A DNA stretch of 64,000 nucleotides from contig CAZHUS010000025.1 in NCBI GenBank assembly GCA_964535555.1, positions 18,963 through 82,962 on the forward strand, written 5' to 3'. The position numbers and the translations under genes are program-made. Shown piece by piece: positions 6,884 through 17,133 of the stretch (its first letter is position 1; each line of letters starts with the position of its first letter). The notes below the pieces were generated by a model that was given only the letters and a program-made list of their open reading frames with translations, had not been told where the DNA came from and did no database searches. The DNA is from an uncultured Verrucomicrobiota bacterium. Lineage in GTDB: Bacteria; Verrucomicrobiota; Verrucomicrobiia; Limisphaerales; J093.

Positions 6884-8860
6884 ATGAAAACTTCCAAATT
6901 GTATTCGGTGCTCGCCGGCGTGTGCGTCCTGGGCGCCGCCTTCCACCTCGTCGCGCAGGAACCCACTCCCCTGGTCACCAAGTCCGAGGCCGACAATCTC
7001 GCCGTGCTTAAGTCCGGTGCCGAGTTCAAGGCGAAGGTCGATGCGTGTCGGGAACTGTCCGTGATCGGTACCAAGGCTGCAATTCCCACGCTGGTCGAGT
7101 TCCTGGCGGACGAGAAGCTGTCGCACATGGCGCGGTACGCCCTGGAAACCATGCCCGAGGCCGCAGTGAGCGAAGCCTTGCGCGCGCAATTGACCCAGGT
7201 GAAAGGCCGCCTGCTCACCGGCGTGATCGGCAGCCTCGGGGTGAGGCGTGACTTGCAGGCCACGCCCGCCCTCATCGTCCTGCTCGGCAACGACGACACC
7301 CTTGTGGTCAACGCCGCCGCGCGGGCCCTCGGGAGCCTGGGCACGCGCGAAGCCGCCGAAGCCCTTTACGCCGCCTTCAACTCGGCTTCCGAACAGAGCT
7401 TCACCGCGCTCTGCGAGGGCCTGGCCCGCTGCGCGGAACGCCTGACCCGCGAGGGCCAGCCGGAACTCGCCCAGCGGATCTACGGGCAGGCCTATGCGAA
7501 CGCCGAGCTGCCTCAGCAGATCCGCGTCGCCGCTCTCCGCGGCGCCATCGTCTCGCGCGGCGCGGACGGTCTGCCCTTGCTGCGTGAACAATTGCGCAGC
7601 ACGGATTACATCCTCTTCGCGGCTTCGGTAAAGACGGCCTTGGAACTCAAGGGCGCCGAAGTGACCGCCGCGCTGGCGGACAGCCTGAAGAGCCTGGCGC
7701 CCGACAACCAGGTGGTGGTGCTGCAGGCCCTGGCAAATCGCGGCGAAGCCTCCGCGCTTCCCGCCATGATCGCCGCCACGGATTCGCCCAACGCCGCCGT
7801 GCGGCTCGCCGCCGTGCGTTCCCTCGCCGCGATCGGGAGCGCGGATCCGGTCCCGGTGCTGGTGAAAGCCTCGACCGGCAGCGATCGCGAGCTCGCCCAG
7901 GCGGCCAAGGAGAGCCTCGCCGCGCTGAGTCACAAGGCGGTGGACGAGACCGCTGTGAAGCTGCTTGCCAGCGCCAGCGCCGAGGAACGCCTGACCGGCG
8001 TGGAGTTGATCGGGCGTCGCCGCCTTGCCGCCAGCGTTCCGGCCCTGGTGAAGGCCACGGCCGACACGGATGCCCGCGTCCGTGTGGCGGCGATCCGACA
8101 GGTCGGCGAGTTGGGTGGAGTTTCCGAGTTGCCGACGGTTCTCGATCTCATGCTGCGCGCCAGTTCCGGCCAGGACCGCAACGCGGCCGAGCAGGCACTC
8201 ATTTCGATTGCGGAAGGAGCCACCGATGCAGAGGCGGTTTCCGGCAAAATCGCGGCCGCGGTGCCGCAGGCCCAACCCGAGGCCCGAAGCAGCCTGCTCA
8301 GTGTCCTGGGATCGCTGGGGGGATCGACGGCGCTCAAGGCCGTTTCCGCGGCCACCAAAGACAGCAATGCGGAAGTTCGTGCCGAGGCCATTCGTGCGCT
8401 GAGCTCGTGGAAGACGGCCGACGCGGGCCCCACGCTTCAAGCCCTGGCGGGTTCCGCCGCGAGCGACGGTGACAAGACCCTCGCCCTCCGCGGCTTCCTC
8501 GGGCTGGCTGCGAACCCGGACCTGCCGGTCGAACAGCGCTACAAGATGTGCCAGGACGCGATCAGCCTCGTGAAGCGCACCGAGGAGAAGCGCCTGCTGT
8601 TGGCCGCGTTGGGCACCGTGCCCACCGTCGATGCCGTCAAACTGATCATCCCGCATCTGGACGATCCCGCCACCAAGGAAGAAGCCGGGGCCGCAGTGGT
8701 TGGCATCGCGGACCGGATGCTGCGGGGGCAGGGGGCGAATCCCGCCGCCGCGGTATTGGTCGAACCGCTCACGAAGGTGGGGCAGACGTCGGGGAATGCT
8801 GACCTGGTGAAGCGGGCGAAGGACCTGGCGCAGCGGGCCAAGAACCGTTCTGGCCAGTAG
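6884..8860 (+). CDS. Secreted HEAT / PBS-lyase-like repeat protein
   Basis: Signal peptide MKTSKLYSVLAGVCVLGAAFHLVAQE. Many ~30-aa repeats follow, such as NAAVRLAAVRSLAAIG, DARVRVAAIRQVGELG and NAEVRAEAIRALSSW. Confidence 0.8.
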   Translation: MKTSKLYSVLAGVCVLGAAFHLVAQEPTPLVTKSEADNLAVLKSGAEFKAKVDACRELSVIGTKAAIPTLVEFLADEKLSHMARYALETMPEAAVSEALRAQLTQVKGRLLTGVIGSLGVRRDLQATPALIVLLGNDDTLVVNAAARALGSLGTREAAEALYAAFNSASEQSFTALCEGLARCAERLTREGQPELAQRIYGQAYANAELPQQIRVAALRGAIVSRGADGLPLLREQLRSTDYILFAASVKTALELKGAEVTAALADSLKSLAPDNQVVVLQALANRGEASALPAMIAATDSPNAAVRLAAVRSLAAIGSADPVPVLVKASTGSDRELAQAAKESLAALSHKAVDETAVKLLASASAEERLTGVELIGRRRLAASVPALVKATADTDARVRVAAIRQVGELGGVSELPTVLDLMLRASSGQDRNAAEQALISIAEGATDAEAVSGKIAAAVPQAQPEARSSLLSVLGSLGGSTALKAVSAATKDSNAEVRAEAIRALSSWKTADAGPTLQALAGSAASDGDKTLALRGFLGLAANPDLPVEQRYKMCQDAISLVKRTEEKRLLLAALGTVPTVDAVKLIIPHLDDPATKEEAGAAVVGIADRMLRGQGANPAAAVLVEPLTKVGQTSGNADLVKRAKDLAQRAKNRSGQ

Positions 8861-8910
8861 AAGGGTCGTCTCGAGAGCGATGGCTTGCGCTTCCCGGGCA
8901 GACGCCGCTT

Positions 8911-9060
8911 GGGAAGCGGCCTGTTCCTTTTGGACCTGCTCCGTGGCCAGGAACCGTTGAGGAGCGCGGGCTTCAGCCCGCAGGGACGTCCCTTGGCCGG
9001 CGTGGCTTCCTGCGGACTGAGGTCCGCGCTCCGAGGGCGGGTCATGGAGAGTTCCTGGCC
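8911..9060 (+). repeat. Family-1 palindromic MITE/REP-like element, full copy (flank module + inverted-repeat core)
   Basis: Flank GGGAAGCGGCCTGTTCCTTTTGGACCTGCTCCGTGGCCAGGAACC. Then the core GGAGCGCGGGCTTCAGCCCGCAGGGACGTCCC...GGCTTCCTGCGGACTGAGGTCCGCGCTCC. An outer inverted repeat GGCCAGGAAC / GTTCCTGGCC is also present. Related copies occur at five other sites. Confidence 0.85.
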
Positions 9061-9154
9061 CCGCCCCACCTGTAGGCGCCGACGTCAGGAGGCGGGCCGT
9101 GCAGTCCTGGCCTCTTGGCTCGGCGCCGCCTCGCCTCACCACCACGGCACGTTC

Positions 9155-12100
9155 ATGCCCAGACCTATGACTCATCGACTTCGCCGGTTGCTCGGGGTGA
9201 TTCTGCTCGGCACCATCCACGCCTCTGCCGAGGTGGCGGACCTCCGCCTGGTTCCTTTTCCCAAGCACGTCCAAAGCGTCCCGGGTTCATTCCCGCTTCG
9301 CCAGGTCCTCGTTCTCGAGGTTTCACCGGACCACGCAGACGCCATCGGACGGGGGCTGAACGAGGAGTTGCAGCGCGCGGGTTTCGCGCCCGCCCGCATC
9401 CGGAAATCCGACTCGCGGGAGTTGAGGTTTCGCCTCGGCCCGGAGCCGCTCGCGACGGATGTCACCGGTGTTGTCCCTCCTGAGAACACCGAGGGTTACC
9501 AGCTCGACGTGCGGCCGGGAGAGGTGGTCTCCGCGGCGGTTCAACCGGCCGGGCTGTTCTACGGGCTCCAGACGCTCCGCCAATTGATCCGCGCCAATCG
9601 CCTTGGCGACGCCCTGCCCGCGCTTGGGATCCGTGACTTCCCGTCGCTGCGTTGGCGGTGCTTTCAGGACGACATGACGCGCGGTCCCAGTTCGAAGCTG
9701 GAGACGTTGCAGTTCGAGGCCGCGCTCGGCGCGTCGCTCAAGCTGAACCTCATGACGTTCTACATGGAGTACCAGTACGGTTTCCGCAAACACCCGGACA
9801 TCGGCCCTCCGGACGGTTCGCTGTTGCCGGAAGAACTCGCCGCGCTGGTGGCGTTCACCAGGCCGCTGCACCTCGACATCCTGGGCAACCAGCAGTCCTT
9901 CGGCCATTTCAGCCGCATCCTGAGCCTCCCTGCGTACGCGTCGCTGCGGGAGACCGCGGACGTCCTGACGCCCGTCCGTGACGAGACCTACCGACTCCTG
10001 GACGACCTCTACGGCGAAGTCTGCCCGTTGCTGCCGTTTCCCTGGTTCAACGTGTGCTGTGACGAGACTTACGGACTGGGGACGGGGCCTTCGCTGGAAC
10101 TGGCGAAGGAGATCGGCGTCGGCGGCGTTTATGTCCGTCACATCCGGCGCGTGCACGATCTGCTCCGGGATAAGCACGGGAAACGAATGATGATGTGGGG
10201 GGACATCATCCTGCAGCACCCCCAAGAACTGGACCAGGTTCCCAAGGACACCATCATGCTGACGTGGGGTTACGATGCCCGCGGCAGCTTTGAGGATCAG
10301 ATCCTCCCCTTCGCGCGCTCCGGTTACGAGTTCTTCATCTGTCCGGGCGTAAACAACTGGAGCCGCATTCTCCCCGACTTTGGCGTTGCCGTGACCAACA
10401 TCCACAACTTCGTCAGGGACGGCGTGAAGCACGGGGCGCTGGGCATGTTGAACACCGACTGGGAAGACGACGGCGAGGCAATCAACGCGGTCAAGTGGCA
10501 CGCCGATGCCTGGGCCGCCGAATGCGCCTGGAACGCGTCCGCCACCTCCTTCGAGAGCTTCAATCGACGCGTTGGCGCCGTCCTGTTCGGCGAGGCGGGG
10601 ACGCATTTCGGCGACGCCGTCGAGTTGCTCGCCCAAACGCATCGGCAGGCCGCCATGAAGGGCATGTTCAACGCACGGTTCTGGGAAGCCGACTTTGTTC
10701 CCAAGGCCAGCCCGGCCGCGACGGCAGCCGCCGCGACGAACCTGCTGGCGGCGGTCCGCCCCGCCCTGGAACATCTCGACCAGGTCCGGCGTGAAGCCCG
10801 GTGCAATCAGCAGATCCTCGAGGCGTTTCGCTTCGGCGCGCGCCGCATGGAGCGGATTGGCGAGCGCATGCTCGACGGACTGGAGGCGGTGCGACTCTAC
10901 GAGGCGGCTTGCGAAGGCCGGGGCGCGTCCGAGGCGCTCCCCCGCATCCTTCAGCTCATCCGCCAGAACCGGGATGCCCACGAGGCGCTTGGCCGGGAGT
11001 TCTCAGCCCTGTGGCTGGCTGAGAGCAAACCTTACGCGCTCGATTGGACCCTGCGGCGCTACACCAACACTGTGGCCCAGTACGAGACCTTGCTCGCGCG
11101 GGTCACGACTGCCGCGGAGAAGCTCCGGGAAGGTCTTCCCTTGCCTGCGCCGGACGAGATTGGACTCGCCCTCCCGCGTGCCCTGACACGTCAGGTTCAG
11201 CCGGAGAGCGTGGCGACACCTCTCGCGCCCGGGACGCCTTGGGCCGAGGTTCGCGCGCCCCATCGCTTCGGAATCCAGGTCGACGCGGGAGCTGTGGACC
11301 GGTTCGCCTTGCCCGTTGAGATCGACCTGCAACTGCCGTCGGAGTTGCGTGGCAGGCCCGTTCGCGCCTTTCGGATCGAAGGGGATCAGAGCCGCGAGGA
11401 ATTCCTGGTCCAGTTGGACCCGCTGGAGGCCGGGGCAAAGAGCCGTCTTGTCCTCCTGATCCGTGATCCGCTTCGCCCCGGCCGTGTGGTCGATGTGCAC
11501 GTCTATGTCGGAATGGGTGAGACTCCGCCGATTCGCGAAGACGTCGTGCGAACGTGGCCGGAGGCTGAAGGCCGTCATTGGGTCGAGAACGATCGCGTTC
11601 GAGCCTTGCTGGGCTCCGAAGGCGCGCACGTTTACCGATGGGAAGTGAAGGGCGCCGGGAATCGCGATCTGACGATGCCGGGCGACACCGGGTGGGCCGG
11701 ATTTGGCGATTTGGCGGCGGCGCGGCATTCGCGTTACGCGTTACGCTGCACGGCGTCCGGACCGGCCATGGTGGAATTTCGCTGCACGCAGGAGGGCGGG
11801 TACGAGAAGACGATCCGGCTGTATGCCGGCGCCAGCTGGATGGAGGTCTTCCTCGATGAAGCCACGCCTCACTACTGGGATTTTGATGACCCGAAGAACT
11901 TCGCCGCAGACGGACCCTGCCCGGGGACGTGGCTCTTTTCGAACGGCGACTCCGGTCCCGTCGGTCGCGAGGCCGATGGCGTCCCGGCGCAGGTGAAGGC
12001 CGCGGAGACCACCTGGGGCATGAAGTACGACCAGCGCGGCCTGGCTTTGGGGCTGATCACGCCGGGCGTGCCCGCGTTGCACGTGGTGGCGCCGGGAGCG

Positions 12101-12271
12101 GGAGCGGGCGGTGTGGGGATCGAGGGTTCGCCGGCGGCGCGGCACTTTGTGACTTTCGGAGGCGTCCTGCGGTCGCCGCCCGCGGAGACCATGAACCAGC
12201 TGGAGTCCACGCTCGATTTGAAGCGCCCGGTCAAAGTACGCACTTACGCGTTGCAGGCGCGCCAACCTTGA
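9155..12271 (+). CDS. Secreted GH20-like (beta-N-acetylhexosaminidase-like) glycoside hydrolase with a ~400-aa C-terminal extension
   Basis: I prefer the ATG at 9155 ([25 protein letters not shown]), because the longer TTG-8885 ORF reads through the repeat element. The N-terminal LVPFPKHV...GYQLDV...[12 protein letters not shown] looks like GH20 domain 2. The barrel region carries [17 protein letters not shown] and [11 protein letters not shown] (a D-E pair). The C-terminal ~400 aa are unassigned. Confidence 0.7.
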   Translation: MPRPMTHRLRRLLGVILLGTIHASAEVADLRLVPFPKHVQSVPGSFPLRQVLVLEVSPDHADAIGRGLNEELQRAGFAPARIRKSDSRELRFRLGPEPLATDVTGVVPPENTEGYQLDVRPGEVVSAAVQPAGLFYGLQTLRQLIRANRLGDALPALGIRDFPSLRWRCFQDDMTRGPSSKLETLQFEAALGASLKLNLMTFYMEYQYGFRKHPDIGPPDGSLLPEELAALVAFTRPLHLDILGNQQSFGHFSRILSLPAYASLRETADVLTPVRDETYRLLDDLYGEVCPLLPFPWFNVCCDETYGLGTGPSLELAKEIGVGGVYVRHIRRVHDLLRDKHGKRMMMWGDIILQHPQELDQVPKDTIMLTWGYDARGSFEDQILPFARSGYEFFICPGVNNWSRILPDFGVAVTNIHNFVRDGVKHGALGMLNTDWEDDGEAINAVKWHADAWAAECAWNASATSFESFNRRVGAVLFGEAGTHFGDAVELLAQTHRQAAMKGMFNARFWEADFVPKASPAATAAAATNLLAAVRPALEHLDQVRREARCNQQILEAFRFGARRMERIGERMLDGLEAVRLYEAACEGRGASEALPRILQLIRQNRDAHEALGREFSALWLAESKPYALDWTLRRYTNTVAQYETLLARVTTAAEKLREGLPLPAPDEIGLALPRALTRQVQPESVATPLAPGTPWAEVRAPHRFGIQVDAGAVDRFALPVEIDLQLPSELRGRPVRAFRIEGDQSREEFLVQLDPLEAGAKSRLVLLIRDPLRPGRVVDVHVYVGMGETPPIREDVVRTWPEAEGRHWVENDRVRALLGSEGAHVYRWEVKGAGNRDLTMPGDTGWAGFGDLAAARHSRYALRCTASGPAMVEFRCTQEGGYEKTIRLYAGASWMEVFLDEATPHYWDFDDPKNFAADGPCPGTWLFSNGDSGPVGREADGVPAQVKAAETTWGMKYDQRGLALGLITPGVPALHVVAPGAGAGGVGIEGSPAARHFVTFGGVLRSPPAETMNQLESTLDLKRPVKVRTYALQARQP

Positions 12272-12304
12272 CAGGGGGCGCGGTCACGGGAGATTCAGCG
12301 CGTG

Positions 12305-12328
12305 GGCGATCCGGTATCACGGATCGCC
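12305..12328 (+). terminator. Hairpin GGCGATCCG-N6-CGGATCGCC followed by CTTTCTGT; possible terminator of the GH20-like gene
   Basis: A 9-bp perfect stem read directly at 12305-12313 and 12320-12328, followed by a weak T-tract. It lies 17 nt upstream of the next start codon, so it could instead be a leader structure. Confidence 0.35.
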
Positions 12329-12344
12329 GTCGCCTTTCTGTCGC

Positions 12345-13949
12345 ATGAGAAACAGCACGTTCAGTGGTCCGCCAACGCCCGAGGAGTTCCAACGCCAGCT
12401 CAATGAGTTGATGCGCCAGCACCTGGGCACCTTGCGCTCGGCGGCCCCGCCGCGCCCCGAGCCCGCCGGCAGCGGCGCTTCCGAAGCGGAAGGCGCGGCC
12501 GAGGACCCGGTCCTGCGCTTCGATCGGAAGCCGAAGGACGTGAAGGCCTACCTCGACCGCTTCGTCATCCGCCAGGACGAGGCGAAGAAGGTGCTCAGCG
12601 TCGCGCTCTGCGACCATTACCACCATGTCCGGCTCGCCCTCGAAGGCAGGGACCAGCCGAATTACGCCAAGCAGAACATCATCCTCGTGGGCCCCACCGG
12701 GGTCGGGAAGACGTACCTCATCCGGAGCATGGCCGATCTCATCGGCGTCCCGTTCGTGAAGGCGGACGCGACCAAGTTCAGCGAGACCGGCTATGTCGGA
12801 GGCGACGTGGAGGATCTGGTGCGGGAGTTGTTGAGGCGCGCCAACGGCGACGTGCAACGGGCGCAGTACGGGATCATCTACATCGACGAGATCGACAAGA
12901 TCACTGCCGCCAGCAACGCCACCGGCCGGGATGTCAGCGGGAGAGGCGTGCAGACGAACCTGCTGAAGCTCATGGAGGAGACGGACGTTCCGGCGCGCTC
13001 ACCCAATGATATCGCGGGCCAGCTGCAGGCCATGATGGACTTCAGCCAGCGGGGCCGGAAGCCGGTCGAGCAGATCAACACCAAGCACATCCTCTTCATT
13101 GTCAGCGGCGCGTTCACCAACCTCGAGAAGACGGTCCGCAAGCGGTTGCGCGAGGCGACCATTGGCTTTGCCGCCAAGGCCCAGCAGGTCGAAACCGATT
13201 TCGAGGTGATGACGCGCGCCCAGACCCGCGACTTCATCGATTACGGCTTCGAGCCCGAGTTCATTGGCCGGCTGCCGGTGCGGGTGTTTTGTCACCCGCT
13301 CAACATCGACGACCTCTTCACGATTCTGAAGAGCTCCGAGGGCAGCATCATCCGGCAGTACGAGCAGACGTTTGCGGCTTACGGCATCGAGGTGCTCTTC
13401 CGCGACGAGGGCCTCCGGCGCATCGCCGAACTGGCCGCGGAGGAACAGACCGGCGCCCGCGGTCTGATGACGGTCTGTGAACGGGTGTTCCGCGAGTTCA
13501 AGTTCGAGCTGCCTTCCACGCACGTCCGGCGCTTCGAGGTCACCCACGCGGTGGTGGACCAACCGATCCAGGGCTTGGCAGCCCTCCTGGCGGAAAGCGC
13601 CAGCGAGGAACTCGTGATCATGCGCCAGATTGTGCAGGAATTCGCCGAGCGCTTCCAGAAGGAGCACGGACTGACGCTGCGCTTCACCGATCCCGCGGCC
13701 GACCACCTGGTGCGGATCGCCCGCGAATCCGGCAAGCACGTCCGGGATGTGTGCGCCGAACGGTTCAAGGATTTTCAGTTTGGTCTCAAGCTCGTTGCCG
13801 CGAATCTCAAGCAGTCGGAGTTCATCGTGGACGAAGCGGTGGTCGAGGCCCCCGACCGCGTTCTGAGCGAGTGGGTGGTCGCAAGTTACCGCCGTCCGGA
13901 TGCGCAGGGCGGCGAGGATGGCAAGGGCGCCGGCGGTGAGGCGTCGTGA
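12345..13949 (+). CDS. ClpX-like AAA+ unfoldase lacking the N-terminal zinc-binding domain
   Basis: Walker A GPTGVGKT, pore loop [10 protein letters not shown], Walker [10 protein letters not shown]. An RK-containing loop [22 protein letters not shown] and an IGF tripeptide (ATIGFAAK) sit at the positions used by ClpX. The first 60 residues contain no Cys. There is an extra C-terminal region of about 100 aa. Confidence 0.85.
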   Translation: MRNSTFSGPPTPEEFQRQLNELMRQHLGTLRSAAPPRPEPAGSGASEAEGAAEDPVLRFDRKPKDVKAYLDRFVIRQDEAKKVLSVALCDHYHHVRLALEGRDQPNYAKQNIILVGPTGVGKTYLIRSMADLIGVPFVKADATKFSETGYVGGDVEDLVRELLRRANGDVQRAQYGIIYIDEIDKITAASNATGRDVSGRGVQTNLLKLMEETDVPARSPNDIAGQLQAMMDFSQRGRKPVEQINTKHILFIVSGAFTNLEKTVRKRLREATIGFAAKAQQVETDFEVMTRAQTRDFIDYGFEPEFIGRLPVRVFCHPLNIDDLFTILKSSEGSIIRQYEQTFAAYGIEVLFRDEGLRRIAELAAEEQTGARGLMTVCERVFREFKFELPSTHVRRFEVTHAVVDQPIQGLAALLAESASEELVIMRQIVQEFAERFQKEHGLTLRFTDPAADHLVRIARESGKHVRDVCAERFKDFQFGLKLVAANLKQSEFIVDEAVVEAPDRVLSEWVVASYRRPDAQGGEDGKGAGGEAS

Positions 13950-15136
13950 GGGGCGTTGAATCCAGTCACGGCCGGGCACGCCCTCGCCCAGCAGGCGAGA
14001 CGGTGCTCTGGCTGGCGGCGGAAGTCATCGAGATCTCGGATCGCGAGCATCCGGCGGATGCCGTGCTGCGCGGCCTGCTGCGTGGTCGCCGTGACCTGTC
14101 GCAGGACAAGCGAAGACGCATCAGTGAAGCGGTGTTTGCGTACTTCCGGTGGTGGGGCTGGCTCGACCAACGCGCAACGCTCACGGTTCAGATCCGGCAG
14201 GCGTTGGACCTCCGGCACGATTATGCGGCGGCCCCGGAGTTGTTTCCGGTCGCTGACGTGCTCCGGCTTGCCGTCCCTCGCTGGGTGGGGGACTCGATGG
14301 AAGTGACGCCAGGCTGGACGCGTGCCCTGCAGGCTGAGCCCGCCTTGTGGTTGAGGGCGCGTCCCGGCACCGGCCGGGTCCTGGCGGCGTCGCTGGGCTC
14401 GTGCCGTCCGGCCGGACCGGGACCCGCCGCGGACGCGCTCGAGTACCGGGGAGAGGAGGATTTGTTTCGCACCGACGCCTTTCGGGAGGGGCGTTTCGAG
14501 TTGCAGGATCTTCACTCCCAGGCGGTCGGTTGGCTGTGCGCGCCGAAGCCTGGCGAAACCTGGTGGGACGCCTGCGCCGGCGAAGGCGGCAAGACGCTGC
14601 TGCTGGCGGACCTGATGGAGAACCGCGGGCTGATCTGGGCCAGCGACCCTGCCGAGTGGCGGTTGCGGCGGCTCAAGTTGCGCGCGCGGCGTGCCGGTGT
14701 GTTCAACTACCGCTTGGCACCGTGGGACGGAGGAGAGCGCCTGCCCACTCGTACTGTCTTTGACGGGGTCTTGGTGGACGCGCCGTGCAGCAATCTCGGC
14801 ACGTGGGGGCGCAATCCGCACGCGCGCTGGACAACGCAGCCGGACGACGTGCGGGAGTTGGCTTCGCTGCAGTCGCAGTTGCTTGATCACGCCGCGCGCG
14901 CGGTGAAACCTGGAGGGAGGCTGGTTTATTCGGTCTGCACCCTTCCAGAGGAGGAGACGGTGCGGGTGGCCTCGCGTTTTCGGGCTCGTCATCCCGAGTT
15001 TGAAGGCCTGCCGCTGCTGCACCCGTTTCGGGCGGCTGCAGCGCCCGCGTGCGAATGGTTTCTGCGCACCGAGGAGACTCGCGGCAACGGCATGTACGTC
15101 GCTGCCTGGCGCCGCATGGCTGCAGCGGCGGCCTGA
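13946..15136 (+). CDS. RsmB/NOP2/Sun-family RNA (cytosine-C5) methyltransferase
   Basis: SAM-binding [10 protein letters not shown], catalytic [17 protein letters not shown] and the second Cys motif YSVCTL. The GTG start overlaps the clpX-like stop (GTGA). Confidence 0.85.
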   Translation: MRGVESSHGRARPRPAGETVLWLAAEVIEISDREHPADAVLRGLLRGRRDLSQDKRRRISEAVFAYFRWWGWLDQRATLTVQIRQALDLRHDYAAAPELFPVADVLRLAVPRWVGDSMEVTPGWTRALQAEPALWLRARPGTGRVLAASLGSCRPAGPGPAADALEYRGEEDLFRTDAFREGRFELQDLHSQAVGWLCAPKPGETWWDACAGEGGKTLLLADLMENRGLIWASDPAEWRLRRLKLRARRAGVFNYRLAPWDGGERLPTRTVFDGVLVDAPCSNLGTWGRNPHARWTTQPDDVRELASLQSQLLDHAARAVKPGGRLVYSVCTLPEEETVRVASRFRARHPEFEGLPLLHPFRAAAAPACEWFLRTEETRGNGMYVAAWRRMAAAAA

Positions 15137-15430
15137 GGGGGGCGAATTCGGCGATCACCAGTTCGGCGGTTGGGGAGGTGCTCGAGCTACGCACAAGGGT
15201 TCCTCTGTGAGCTTCCGAGCGCTCTGAGCCGGTGCTTCCGAGTCCGTCTACGTGCTGCTTGGTGACCGCTGCGGGCTCGGCCGCGGGGGAACTGGGGGGT
15301 AGGGTTGCGCCGTCTCATGCGCTGGAGCCAGCCCGCAGGCCGCGACTGACCGCCGCTGGCATGAGATCTGAAGGAGATGCCGCCCTCGAGGCCGAAATCG
15401 CCGAGGCTTGGAGAACGTCCGCGAACTGCC

Positions 15431-16072
15431 ATGAACGACAAGGGGACCAATGAGAGTCAGGGGAGGCCGGGCAATCAGCCGTCACCTGATTCCCATACCT
15501 CCCATGCAGACCATCCGATCATCCCTCCTCGCGGCGACTACCAGACGCTCCACTCCTTTCACAAAGCCGAGGTGGTCTATGACCTCACCTTCCGCTTCGC
15601 GCACAAGCATCTCGCCAAAAACGACCGCACCATCGACCAGATGATCCAGGCCGCACGCTCCGGCAAGAAGAACCTGCTCGAAGGCAGCAAAGCCGCCCTG
15701 ACCTCCAAGGAAACCGAGATCAAGCTTACCGGCGTCGCCCGCGCCAGCCTGGAGGAGTTGCTTGATGACTACCGCGATTACCTCCGCGTCCGCGAGCATC
15801 GCGAATGGAACAAGGACTCCAAGGAAGCCCTCTACGTACGCCGGCTCGGATGCAAGGTCCCGCAGACTTACGAGCTTTACCGTGAGTTCGTGGAGACGCG
15901 CCCGCCCGAAGTGATTGCCAACATCGCCATCTGCCTGATCCACCAGGCGAACTACCTGATCGACCAGCAGCTTCGCCGTTTGGAGAAGGACTTCCTCGAA
16001 CGAGGCGGTCTGCGCGAGCGCATGTTCCAGGCGCGCCTCCAATACCGCCGCCAACACCCACCGCGACCCTGA
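15431..16072 (+). CDS. Four-helix-bundle protein (23S rRNA-IVS / Avd-like family) with four-helix-bundle suffix domain
   Basis: [20 protein letters not shown]...[22 protein letters not shown]...[29 protein letters not shown] matches my memory of the family and suffix-domain consensus. ATG at 15431 chosen; the track ORF starts at 15377. Confidence 0.7.
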   Translation: MNDKGTNESQGRPGNQPSPDSHTSHADHPIIPPRGDYQTLHSFHKAEVVYDLTFRFAHKHLAKNDRTIDQMIQAARSGKKNLLEGSKAALTSKETEIKLTGVARASLEELLDDYRDYLRVREHREWNKDSKEALYVRRLGCKVPQTYELYREFVETRPPEVIANIAICLIHQANYLIDQQLRRLEKDFLERGGLRERMFQARLQYRRQHPPRP

Positions 16073-16209
16073 CGCCTCTCATGCCCTCCCCAATTCGCCA
16101 CCACCGGTTCCCCGCGGGCGGCGCGGCGTTGGCCCCGGACGGCTTTCCGCTTGACCGGCACGCATCCGCGGGCTCATTAGGATCAGATCGATTGACGACA
16201 CAAGCGCCC

Positions 16210-17058
16210 ATGATCACACGTACCTCCCGTCACGGCAGAAGATTGCAGCCAAGTTTCCACCACGCCTGGCGCGCGCATTCTCGGCGAGGATTTACGCTCA
16301 TCGAACTGCTCGTGGTGATCGCGATCATCGCGATCCTGGCCGGCATGCTTCTCCCCGCCCTGAGCAAGGCCAAGTCGCGCGCCAACCGCACGGCCTGCAT
16401 CAGCAACCTGAAGCAGATCGGGCTGGGCATGCTGATGTACGCCGACGACGACTCCCGGGGGTATCTCTCCGGCACCTGGAGCGACGCGGACGACGACCTG
16501 AGCTGGCTTTACCCAAACTACATTCCCGGCGCGGTGGCCAAGTCGGTCTTCGTTTGTCCGGCGACCCAGAACTTCATCAGCACGAACACGACCCGGCATC
16601 CGAACAACGGCCAGATCGTGCTGCGCGACATGCTGATCCAGGCCGCGAAGACGCGGGGCCGCTCGAATGAACTGGTGGGGGTCAGCTACGAGATCTACGG
16701 CTTCATGAACGCCCTCGGTCCGCTGGCGAGCTCGAGCCAGGTCCGGTACTACGGCGTCAATTCCCAGGTCGACGGCATCAAGAAGTCCACCGCGAGCGTT
16801 TCCAGCTACACCCACAAGCACAACGCGTTCGGGTTGCAGGGACAAGCCGTCGGACCGTCCGACATCTGCATCATCGTGGATGGCGACCGCGAAGGTGGCG
16901 AGAACAACTTCCCCGACAAGGATGACAACCATGGCGCCGCGGGCGGCAACGTGCTGTTCACCGATGGCCACGTGAATTGGGTCGCCGCCGGGGCCAAGGG
17001 AAACAACTACATCCGGATGTACGAGCTCGGGCAGGACGAGAATCGGGGGCCGAAGTAA
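16210..17058 (+). CDS. Prepilin-type N-terminal cleavage/methylation domain protein (PVC-type pseudopilin-like, C-terminal H-x-DG-like motif)
   Basis: [32 protein letters not shown] is the class III signal/methylation motif. The C-terminal [16 protein letters not shown] is typical of the large PVC family. ATG at 16210 chosen. Confidence 0.85.
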   Translation: MITRTSRHGRRLQPSFHHAWRAHSRRGFTLIELLVVIAIIAILAGMLLPALSKAKSRANRTACISNLKQIGLGMLMYADDDSRGYLSGTWSDADDDLSWLYPNYIPGAVAKSVFVCPATQNFISTNTTRHPNNGQIVLRDMLIQAAKTRGRSNELVGVSYEIYGFMNALGPLASSSQVRYYGVNSQVDGIKKSTASVSSYTHKHNAFGLQGQAVGPSDICIIVDGDREGGENNFPDKDDNHGAAGGNVLFTDGHVNWVAAGAKGNNYIRMYELGQDENRGPK

Positions 17059-17077
17059 TTGCGGCTCGAAAGCAAAA

Positions 17078-17102
17078 GGCCGGGGAGGCTGGCTCCCCGG
17101 CC
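17078..17102 (-). terminator. Intrinsic terminator of the 17134..20139 gene
   Basis: 10-bp perfect GC-rich stem GGCCGGGGAG / CTCCCCGGCC with a 5-nt loop. On the minus strand it is followed by TTTTGCTTT. Confidence 0.6.
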
Positions 17103-17133
17103 GTGGAATCGGAATCGAATCTCCCGCCGCCGC

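Noticed and set aside
8885-9154. N-terminal 90-codon extension of the GH20-like ORF (TTG start at 8885)
   Set aside because: The extension is the translation of the family-1 repeat element (…LLRGQEPLRSAGFSPQGRP…GLRSALRG). The same peptide appears wherever the repeat occurs. The ATG at 9155 is followed by a signal-peptide-like sequence.
6713-9274. 853-aa minus-strand ORF, the longest unannotated ORF in the track
   Set aside because: It is antisense to the well-supported HEAT-repeat gene and to the end of the Gfo/Idh/MocA gene. Its translation is R/G/A/P-rich low complexity with no motifs, and it reads through the family-1 repeat. This is a typical shadow ORF of a GC-rich genome.
15137-17058. 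Diversity-generating retroelement around the Avd-like four-helix-bundle gene
   Set aside because: No reverse transcriptase ORF and no template/variable repeat pair could be found in the flanking 10 kb. The neighbouring genes are an RNA methyltransferase and a pseudopilin-like protein.
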